From a virus (lineage: Duplodnaviria; Caudoviricetes): 52,836 nt of DNA. Below are positions 8,585 through 16,136 of the stretch, in pieces; within the stretch, counting starts at the first letter, position 1; every line of letters begins with the position of its first letter. Under the pieces are notes generated by a model. It was not told where the DNA came from. It was given only the letters and a program-made list of their open reading frames with translations, and searched no databases. Location of the stretch: the IMG/VR virus record IMGVR_UViG_3300009602_000016, positions 1 through 52,836 of that record; one strand, given 5' to 3'. The position numbers and the translations under genes were made by a program.

Positions 8585-8816
8585 CTTCCATCATCCTGCG
8601 TGTCTCGCCAGCTAGGACCACCGCTTCGACCAGCTCCTGATCTTCCCGGGCAATGCCGACTTCGATTTGATGGTACTTTTCTATCATAACCTGAAGGGCG
8701 TTGTGCGCCAGCTCTAGATCATGCAGCCCGCCCAAGATCTTCAGGCACTTCTCGATGGCGGCGAATTGCCGTTTGGCGCGGTCCATGTGAAAATTCATCT
8801 TGTCCAGTTTATCCAT
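8571..8816 (-). CDS. Hypothetical protein
   Basis: MDKLDKMNFHMDRAKRQF..., GAGGG RBS. Confidence 0.55.
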   Translation of the reverse strand: MDKLDKMNFHMDRAKRQFAAIEKCLKILGGLHDLELAHNALQVMIEKYHQIEVGIAREDQELVEAVVLAGETRRMMEDARP

Positions 8817-9468
8817 CGCACCATCCCTCTCGCTTGCCGCCGAGATATGGCCGGGCATGGCCCTCACGGATCATGACTATAGCGAGGTTCTGCCCATTAG
8901 CAAGAATGACATTGGCAATGATCCGCCCTGCATATTTGCCTTTTTTAGGGTTTAGGATTGTAACGTCGTCTTTTCCGATCAGCTGCTTGACGCGTTCCTT
9001 GGCTTGTCGGGCCATGACTTTTTCTTCTGGGCATTTGCCACGGAGCTCAGGGGTGTCAATGCCATTGATCCGCACTAAGATGTTGATCTCCCATGTCGGC
9101 CATGGTCGTGCCCGCACGCGAATGGTGTCACCATCAACGACCTTGATCACCTTGGCCGGCACCAGCAGATCTGCGGCCTCCACCACTGTCGTCAGCGCCA
9201 CGCCGAGCATGAAGAAAAAGATGGCTGCGGTCAGTATGAGAAACAGGCCAACGACCAATGGCTTCTTGCTGGCGGGTCCGCTCTCGTAAGTGACAGGACC
9301 AATGGCCCGCACAATGACATAAGCCACCTTGGGCTGCGACAGCGCCAGGTCGACATGGCTGCCCATCTCCGCTGCAGTGTGGTCCCGCGTGATCATGGAT
9401 GTTCCGAAGACTTCTTCGTCCTGCTCATCCGCTCGTGCATAGCCGATCAAGTCGTATTTGCCGCTCAT
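8809..9468 (-). CDS. Thermonuclease (staphylococcal nuclease family) with internal transmembrane segment
   Basis: VVDGDTI, VRINGIDTPE, GKYAGRIIA, MIREGHARPY; hydrophobic stretch LVVGLFLILTAAIFFFMLGVALTTVV before the nuclease domain. Confidence 0.85.
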   Translation of the reverse strand: MSGKYDLIGYARADEQDEEVFGTSMITRDHTAAEMGSHVDLALSQPKVAYVIVRAIGPVTYESGPASKKPLVVGLFLILTAAIFFFMLGVALTTVVEAADLLVPAKVIKVVDGDTIRVRARPWPTWEINILVRINGIDTPELRGKCPEEKVMARQAKERVKQLIGKDDVTILNPKKGKYAGRIIANVILANGQNLAIVMIREGHARPYLGGKREGWCDG

Positions 9469-9582
9469 CAGTTTCCCTCCACTATCAGAATGATTGATAT
9501 GAGCATGAACGCAAAAATGACGACCCATGCCCAGATGGCACCCGGCCGCACATCGCGGTCGATGCCATCGTCTTCTAGATAT

Positions 9583-9852
9583 TTATACGTGGGCTCCATA
9601 TCCTCTTCGTCGTTTTCCATAGCGTCCAGCACTCCTTTCGATGTAGCATCGGGCATGATGCTCGCTGCAGTACGACGACCCTTGTTGAGTGGGAGCCTCG
9701 CACTTGGATGGGTCCACCCTGGGATCAGCATCGATCCACTGGCACTTGCCCGGCACCCATGTCGTGCTGTACTTAATGAAGTCAGCTTTATCCCCCAAGG
9801 TAGGACCATATTTCAGCGTATTGAACCAGGTTCCGTCTTTTCGATGGGGCAT
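9583..9852 (-). CDS. GcrA-like protein (C-terminal Cys/His domain only)
   Basis: KCQWIDADP..KCEAPTQQGSSYCSEHHARCY resembles the GcrA CxWPxGDP..CG.P..GxxYCxxH pattern; TGATG coupling to upstream ORF. Confidence 0.6.
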   Translation of the reverse strand: MPHRKDGTWFNTLKYGPTLGDKADFIKYSTTWVPGKCQWIDADPRVDPSKCEAPTQQGSSYCSEHHARCYIERSAGRYGKRRRGYGAHV

Positions 9853-10028
9853 CAGCAGGCACACACTTTAGGGACAGAAGCAAACCAGCTGATGAACTTG
9901 CCGTCACGGGTCGTCACCTTTACCCCACGCGGAAAGCCCACTTGAGGATCGCGCTTGCTGAGGGCGCCACCTTGCTGGGTGCGTTTGATCCGTTCGAGTT
10001 CGCACTTGTTACACGGTCGATTGCTCAT
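9852..10028 (-). CDS. Small hypothetical Cys-containing protein (58 aa)
   Basis: AAGGAG RBS, MSNRPCNKCELERIKR...KVCAC, stop overlaps next ATG. Confidence 0.55.
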   Translation of the reverse strand: MSNRPCNKCELERIKRTQQGGALSKRDPQVGFPRGVKVTTRDGKFISWFASVPKVCAC

Positions 10029-10102
10029 TTCTAGTTCTCCTTATCTCTGTAAATGATCCGAACTTCTGGCTCGCCGCGCTAGGATGATTGGCAAGGGCAT
10101 CG

Positions 10103-10363
10103 TCAGCCCTCCTTGCCAAACACCGTCTTGGCTATGAGCATGTCCACCATGCCCCGAAGATCGCTGCTCAATGCCAGGGGTGCCAGCACCCTGGCCCGTA
10201 GTGCATGGACAGCCGATCCGACGCCCACGATGGCGCTCACAAGGATGACCAACTTCCGGGTGTCATTAGCATTCATCGAGTGGCGATTAATCACGACGCC
10301 TGCAGCATCAACGACAGCCGTCACGACTTCCTGCACAATCTTATTGTCGACTTGGTGGCTCAT
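10103..10363 (-). CDS. Hypothetical protein
   Basis: AAGGAGG RBS; in gene run. Confidence 0.55.
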   Translation of the reverse strand: MSHQVDNKIVQEVVTAVVDAAGVVINRHSMNANDTRKLVILVSAIVGVGSAVHALRARVLAPLALSSDLRGMVDMLIAKTVFGKEG

Positions 10364-10589
10364 GGTTTCCTCCTTACTAGATCTTCCGTTACATCCCGAA
10401 GGACCTTGCCATCGGCCATCTCAACATCGTAGCGAAATGGCCGCCCGAATGATCGCGCCACCACGGACCCACTCCCCACCCCCTGGACCTCCACGACGTC
10501 CCGCAGATTGATCAGGGGCAGGGGTTTGAGTGGATGGCCCATGTCCACGGGCTCGGTCCCCCACACGCGCATACGTACGACCTTGGCCG

Positions 10590-10910
10590 TCATGGCGTCA
10601 CCTTTTCTATGTTGTCTATGCACTGGAGCATCCACTGGAGTGCTTCCCGCTCAGCCATCTCCTCGATGGTGTTGGTCTCGGCATCGACGGGTAGTTCTTC
10701 CAGGCGGTCGGTCAAGATTTTTCGGAGCAGGTCCATCTGCTCGTTGGGGGTGTGCCCGGTTTCCTCAGCTTCCCCCACCCCCATGCGGTAGGTCCGCTGG
10801 CATGTGTCACAGGCGAGGTAGTGCTTTGAGTGTGCCAGCTCCTTAACTGGTCCGGAACACTCAGGGCATTGACCAGCCCTGAGCATGATCCATAGGTCTT
10901 TTGCTTCCAT
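10590..10910 (-). CDS. Hypothetical zinc-ribbon protein
   Basis: CPEC...CDTC pairs. Confidence 0.55.
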   Translation of the reverse strand: MEAKDLWIMLRAGQCPECSGPVKELAHSKHYLACDTCQRTYRMGVGEAEETGHTPNEQMDLLRKILTDRLEELPVDAETNTIEEMAEREALQWMLQCIDNIEKVTP

Positions 10911-11155
10911 TATTTGACCACCTCCCACTTGACACCTTCAGCCGTCATGCGGCCGCCGATGATGAGGCAACACTTACTGCCCTCGTTGGTCATGTTGCCA
11001 TCGCGGTCCATGCCCTTCAGCATGTTCCATTCATCCTTGTCACGGGTGGCTTCGAATTGGAAGTCGTTGACGAACCGAGCTGAGACGCGTGTCTGCTTGC
11101 CGTCGGTTCGGTGGATGGTGACGACAGTTTCGATAAAGCTGACGCTTGCACTCAT
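10910..11155 (-). CDS. Hypothetical protein
   Basis: AAGGAG RBS before MSASVSF; coupled stop/start. Confidence 0.5.
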   Translation of the reverse strand: MSASVSFIETVVTIHRTDGKQTRVSARFVNDFQFEATRDKDEWNMLKGMDRDGNMTNEGSKCCLIIGGRMTAEGVKWEVVK

Positions 11156-11742
11156 GTCATTCTCCTTCCTCGATGGCGCTGGCAATCTTCTCCAGCAACG
11201 GTCCATTGGGATCATTGTACCCTTCAAACGGGCCAACTGGTCTGCTGATTATTCTGATAGTGGTGCTCGGTTCGATGAAACTTCGAACCTTTGCTGCGCT
11301 GTCCTTGAGGCCTTGCTTGTAGCCCTCGTTAAATGACTTGGTCATTATTTTTCTTCTCGTAGTTCATAGATGATCAGGAGGACGGACAGTCCCAATCCGA
11401 TCATCGCGTCGTTATGCCTCTCCTGGAGCTGTTGCCCTGGGCTCTTGAGGTCCCACATGAGCTGGCGCTGCTGGCAGATGAAACGAACATCGTCCTGCCG
11501 GCAGGTCATTTCGATGGCCTGCTGACGAAGGCCACCAATGCCCCCACACCCCGCGAGCAGAGCACAGAGGATAAGGGTGGAAACGGCCCGGGCACATGCC
11601 GCTATTAAGCAAGCATCATCCTCAGCTGAACGGCGAAGGGCGTCCCGGTTCCCCGGGTCGCTTCCATAAAACCGTGTACGCATACAATTTCCAGTTCTGT
11701 CATTCATTGAACATGATACCACGCTGAGAAAGTAGATTAACC

Positions 11743-12153
11743 TCATCGCTTCATTATTAGCACCTTACGGATTTGGCCGGCAGGCAGGCGCCGCCCGGTG
11801 GTGCGGATTATGGCCCTGCTCAGTAGGGTTAATTTACATTCGAGGACCACGGACCAATCGAAGAGGAGGTACTGTAAGGGCCGCACCACACGGACGAGAA
11901 CAAAAGCTGTGCCGCCAGATTCACCCCACATCCGCAACCATAACTGCTGCTCGATGGATAAATCCAATGCTGCAGGATCGAAGGCCTTGAGCGACAAGGT
12001 GTCGATGCTTTTCAGCTCGATTAATCCTGTCTTGCCCGCAATGGTATACAGCACATCGGGTGTGCCTATGTGGGCAGGGTTCTCGATCCGCACCAGCGTC
12101 CCGTATTTCCGAAGGTGCTTCTTCAACGACAGCCAAAGTGATTTTTCTTTCAT
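11743..12153 (-). CDS. PD-(D/E)xK nuclease, VRR-NUC/Holliday junction resolvase-like
   Basis: MKEKSLW, RIEN..IGTPDV, LIELK, LSIEQQLWL..GG.AFVLV; directly downstream of PolA. Confidence 0.75.
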   Translation of the reverse strand: MKEKSLWLSLKKHLRKYGTLVRIENPAHIGTPDVLYTIAGKTGLIELKSIDTLSLKAFDPAALDLSIEQQLWLRMWGESGGTAFVLVRVVRPLQYLLFDWSVVLECKLTLLSRAIIRTTGRRLPAGQIRKVLIMKR

Positions 12154-14081
12154 CAGTCACACTCGCCCCAATGCCGCCCCTTCTGCATGTCCACCAGGAT
12201 GGGCACGCGGAACGGTATCGTCGTCTCCATCAGATACTTGGCTTCCTTCATGGCTGCAGTTCCTTCCTTCGTTTTCGGCACCGAAAAATCCAGCTCATCA
12301 TGGACGGTCAGCAAAGGGGCGCCCGTGACGTCGCACACCCCGCTCTCCCAGATATCGACCATGGCCTTCTTCATGACGTCCGCCGCCGATCCTTGGTCCA
12401 CAGCATTGAACGCCTTATGTGTGCCATACCGACGGACACCAGCTGCCGGCACCTTCTCCTTATTTTGCCGTGCCCGTTTCTGCTGTTCGCGTACGTACGC
12501 GAGCGCGTGTTCCTTTTTGCTGAATGGTCCGGTCTCCCGTGACAGGTTCCAATCCCGTGGCTCCCACTCCTTGAACCGCCGGCGACGCTTCAGGATCGTC
12601 CGCACATATCCACGGCCCTGGGCGACATCGGACGCCGCCCGGGTCGTGCTCCTAAGGAATGGCAGCCGCTTGTGATAGTCATTCAAGAAACCTTTGCCCT
12701 CCTCATATGACAGGTTGAGCTCATATGATGTCTTGGCGATGCCCATGCCGTAGACGATCCCAAAATTAACGGTCTTCGCTTGCTTCCGTCCAATGCTTGC
12801 CCACTCAGCGCACATGGCATGAAAATCTACATCCGGCTCATCTATATAACGTCTACGAATGTCCGCCGCTCCAGGCCCCCTTGCATAATGGGCTAAGATC
12901 CGCAGTTCCACTTGGCTGTAGTCCGCCCGATACCAGCGCTCGCCCACTTCCGCGACGAAGGCCGATCGGATCATCGGACCCAACTCAGGATCGCGGAGGG
13001 GGATGAATTGCAGGTTAGGATCAGACGAACTGAAACGACCGGTAACAGTTCCACCCTCATCAGATTTGGACTGGTGGAACTGGCAGTGGATACGGCCATC
13101 GATTATCTTGTTCAATAGTTGCCCCCGCACGAATGTCGATTTGAACTTGTCGATGGTGCGGACATTCAACAGGGCAGCCGCCAACGGGTGCTCATGGTTC
13201 TCGAGCCATTTCTTCTGGAAGCTCGGTTCTCCTTTCTTGGCCGTGGTCGGGTATGGAATGCCAGCGCCATCGAAGGCCGCAGCAATGGATCGGGCCGCCC
13301 ATGGCTTGACCTCACCCCCTGCTGCCTTGTCCAGAACCCGTTGGGCCTTGGCCAGACGTTTCTCCATCTCAGCATCAATGTCAAGCAGGCGTTTCTTACT
13401 GACGCGAACGCCCCTTCTACGCATGGCCAACAAGATGGGGGTGAGCCGACACTCCAGGTCGAACAGGTCCAGTAATTCTTCGGCTCCTAGGAGCTCCTCC
13501 TGGCGCGCTAAGATCCGTAATGGTGCTATGGCATCAACCTGTGCGTAGGCGGCCACGTGGCGCGCAGGGAGGCGCCACAAATGGGTCTGCGGGGCACCTT
13601 TCCACCCCGCAGCATTACATGCGGCCTCCATTTCATGGTAGCCATCCAGGCCGTGACTATCCATGACGTCATGGAACACCATTAGGTCTTCAAGACTGTA
13701 GTTCCCCCCCTTGTTTTCATCGAGCAGTGGCTCCGCTACTTGGACATCGCGGAAGGGTCCAGCGACATCCACCCCCTCCTCCGCTAGGTAGTCCAAGTCA
13801 TACAGAAGATTGGCACCCACTTTCGGCTGGTTAGGTCGTGTGAGCTCCTTTTTGGCCCATGCGATCACCTTCTTCTTAGGCAGGTTGTCTCCACCCTCAT
13901 GACCGAACGGAAGGTACCAGGAGCGGCCGTCAGGCACCGCGACGGAGATGCCCACCATATAGCCATCGCGCCGAACCCCTGGCCCCTTCGACTTCAGGTC
14001 AGGATCATGAGTCTCCGTGTCCAAGCCGATGGCATCAGCGGCCGATAAGTCAGGGAGGTCAGGGGGAGCCCAGTCGGTCAT
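12153..14081 (-). CDS. polA: DNA polymerase, family A, with 3'-5' exonuclease domain
   Basis: Exo I GLDTET, Exo II ANLLYD, Exo III YAQVD; TVTGRFSSSDPNLQ, motif A ADYSQVELRILAH, motif B RKQAKTVNFGIVYG (Phe at the 762-equivalent position), motif C TVHDEL; ATGA overlap sets start at 14081. Confidence 0.97.
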   Translation of the reverse strand: MTDWAPPDLPDLSAADAIGLDTETHDPDLKSKGPGVRRDGYMVGISVAVPDGRSWYLPFGHEGGDNLPKKKVIAWAKKELTRPNQPKVGANLLYDLDYLAEEGVDVAGPFRDVQVAEPLLDENKGGNYSLEDLMVFHDVMDSHGLDGYHEMEAACNAAGWKGAPQTHLWRLPARHVAAYAQVDAIAPLRILARQEELLGAEELLDLFDLECRLTPILLAMRRRGVRVSKKRLLDIDAEMEKRLAKAQRVLDKAAGGEVKPWAARSIAAAFDGAGIPYPTTAKKGEPSFQKKWLENHEHPLAAALLNVRTIDKFKSTFVRGQLLNKIIDGRIHCQFHQSKSDEGGTVTGRFSSSDPNLQFIPLRDPELGPMIRSAFVAEVGERWYRADYSQVELRILAHYARGPGAADIRRRYIDEPDVDFHAMCAEWASIGRKQAKTVNFGIVYGMGIAKTSYELNLSYEEGKGFLNDYHKRLPFLRSTTRAASDVAQGRGYVRTILKRRRRFKEWEPRDWNLSRETGPFSKKEHALAYVREQQKRARQNKEKVPAAGVRRYGTHKAFNAVDQGSAADVMKKAMVDIWESGVCDVTGAPLLTVHDELDFSVPKTKEGTAAMKEAKYLMETTIPFRVPILVDMQKGRHWGECD

Positions 14082-14545
14082 GGTGCGATCTGCCTCCATG
14101 TGCGGGTCTGTACCCTGTGGCGTCTGTGCCCGCTGTAAAGCCACTCCCGTTGGGCTACTTCATCGTGGGCATAGCGGTTCGTGAAGATGATGTGCTGGCA
14201 GCTGGTGTTGAGCAGCATCCGAACACAGAAGACGCAAGGGCTATGGGTGACATATGCGAAGACAATATCGTGGACATCAGAGCACTGCAGCATGGCATTG
14301 GCCTCTGCATGGACGGCCCGACAATGCTCCAACCCTTCCCCAGAAGGATAGCCCATGCCCGGGCAAGGATGGTCCGTGCAGTGTGGCACACCGGAAGATG
14401 GTCCGTTGTAACCAGTTGCCAAAGTATGCTTGTAGCCATTAACGAGGATGCATCCAACGCCCTCAGGCCGGCGGCCACAGGTGGACCGTTTTGCGGCCAA
14501 GGCCGCCATGCCCAAAAAGTATTCGTCTTGATCTGGACGGCCCAT
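14078..14545 (-). CDS. dCMP deaminase
   Basis: RSTCGRR, ATGYNG, HAEANA, SPCVFC zinc-binding motifs. Confidence 0.93.
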   Translation of the reverse strand: MGRPDQDEYFLGMAALAAKRSTCGRRPEGVGCILVNGYKHTLATGYNGPSSGVPHCTDHPCPGMGYPSGEGLEHCRAVHAEANAMLQCSDVHDIVFAYVTHSPCVFCVRMLLNTSCQHIIFTNRYAHDEVAQREWLYSGHRRHRVQTRTWRQIAP

Positions 14546-15255
14546 TAGAAGATCCCCCGCTTGTCCATGTCGCCCTGGAAGGCGTGTAGCGATCCAAGGA
14601 AGTGGATCATGGACCCGACATCAGCGCCAATCTCCTTGGCCATGTAGGCCAGCAACCCACATGCGAAATAGACATCGGCCGTGAAGAATTTGAGGAAGTC
14701 GCAGGATCGCTGGGAGTAGATGCAGTGGAGGTAGCCATTGCGCAGGCCAAATTGATAAGTGAGCGAGCAAGGCACACGGTCATGGCCGCCCCAATTCATC
14801 AGATCCCGATCGGCCATATACATCGAGATGATGGCCTGCCGAGTGTTGGGGTGTTCCTGCAGCTCACGGATCACGTACGGGATCTGCCAGTGCCACCGCT
14901 CAGCATAGGTGTAGCTGAAGGTGCCGTTCCGTATAAACTGCTTCCAGAAATCCTGGTTCTCAACCCAAGCATGGCCCGGGTTCTTGTTGACGGCACCCAG
15001 GTCAGTACGCTCTCGCAGTTCAGCCTGCACCCAGTTCTCCAGATGGGGCGTAGTATACTTCACCATCTCCATCATCTTGTCGCCGACGACCTGGTTCAGC
15101 GTGTATGAGTAGCCGAACAGTTCGAGCGTTTCATAGCGGGGGTCGTCAGCGACGTTTTGATCTTGGACCGTTGCTGTCTGATATCGATGGCCCATCTCAT
15201 ACAGATCCCGCTCGACTTCACGGACCATCTCCATGGGGTCAGAAAATATTCGCAT
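14545..15255 (-). CDS. Thymidylate synthase-family enzyme with dCMP-type specificity residue (putative dCMP hydroxymethylase/methylase)
   Basis: FSYTYAER, TRQAI, catalytic VPC, QRSCDFLKFFTAD (Asp where E. coli ThyA has Asn177), GSLHAF; TGATG coupling sets start at 15255. Confidence 0.85.
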   Translation of the reverse strand: MRIFSDPMEMVREVERDLYEMGHRYQTATVQDQNVADDPRYETLELFGYSYTLNQVVGDKMMEMVKYTTPHLENWVQAELRERTDLGAVNKNPGHAWVENQDFWKQFIRNGTFSYTYAERWHWQIPYVIRELQEHPNTRQAIISMYMADRDLMNWGGHDRVPCSLTYQFGLRNGYLHCIYSQRSCDFLKFFTADVYFACGLLAYMAKEIGADVGSMIHFLGSLHAFQGDMDKRGIF

Positions 15256-16136
15256 CACTTCGCCTCCTTGCGTTGAAATACCATGATCGTCTGGTACAAT
15301 GGCGGACGGACACCGAACCGCTTTTCGTATGTGTTGAGGTGCAGTGTGCCCGGATGATGCTTCAGGACGGCGGTGCCGACGGCCTTGGCCAACCCAGTCC
15401 GCATGACGGCGTCCGCCAACATCTGGTGGAGCATGAATGGCTGCTTGTTCCGCATCATGTCTTTGACACCGATCACCAGATGACCCTTTGGCTTTGTGTA
15501 CTTTAGGCATGTCGCATAGATCCGCGACATGGCCTCGAAGTATTCGTCGTTCTCACCCATGAAAGCCAGGTTGGGGTATTGATCGTCGTACTGGAATTTA
15601 TCCTGGGTGTCCTTCCAGAAACCCTTCTGCCGTGCGTCACCAGAATAGGGTGGATTGTTCACGGTCAATGCGAACTTCTTCTTGAGGCCTTTGAGGAAGT
15701 CGCCCATGTTGCGAGCGTCCCCATGGAGGATGCTGTACTTCTTGTCGAAGCAGTTGTTGGCTTCGATATTGGCTTGCACGACATCGACATACTGGATTTC
15801 GACGCCCGCAGCATTTCGGGCTGCCCGCAATGCCTCGACGGCTGTGGTCCCAGCGCCCATGGTCGGGTCGAAGACCCAATCCCCTGGCTTCGTGAATTGC
15901 TGAACAGCCCACCGCGCAATGTGCAGAGGTGTCTTGGCGATGTGTTTCACTTCGGCATCGGCGTAATAAGCCCGCCGTTCGATCCGAGAATACCGGGTTC
16001 CATCCTTTCGGATTAGTTCGCCCAGGTACCGGCCCACCGGTGGCGCGTGATAGTCCGTCGGGGGCCGCTTGCCCTTTTGGACATGGACCACCTCACCAGG
16101 GTCAACTGAGTTCTTCGCTTTCGTTTTGCTAGACAT
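15255..16136 (-). CDS. SAM-dependent amino-methyltransferase (motif I before NPPY motif IV)
   Basis: HIAKTP, VFDPTMGAGTT, GVEI, HGDAR, VNNPPYS. Confidence 0.85.
   Translation of the reverse strand: MSSKTKAKNSVDPGEVVHVQKGKRPPTDYHAPPVGRYLGELIRKDGTRYSRIERRAYYADAEVKHIAKTPLHIARWAVQQFTKPGDWVFDPTMGAGTTAVEALRAARNAAGVEIQYVDVVQANIEANNCFDKKYSILHGDARNMGDFLKGLKKKFALTVNNPPYSGDARQKGFWKDTQDKFQYDDQYPNLAFMGENDEYFEAMSRIYATCLKYTKPKGHLVIGVKDMMRNKQPFMLHQMLADAVMRTGLAKAVGTAVLKHHPGTLHLNTYEKRFGVRPPLYQTIMVFQRKEAK

Noticed and set aside
15256-15510. Long N-terminal extensions given by the ORF track for the TS homologue (also PolA, YiiX-like and thermonuclease genes)
   Set aside because: Extensions overlap upstream genes in another frame; coupled stop/start overlaps define shorter true starts
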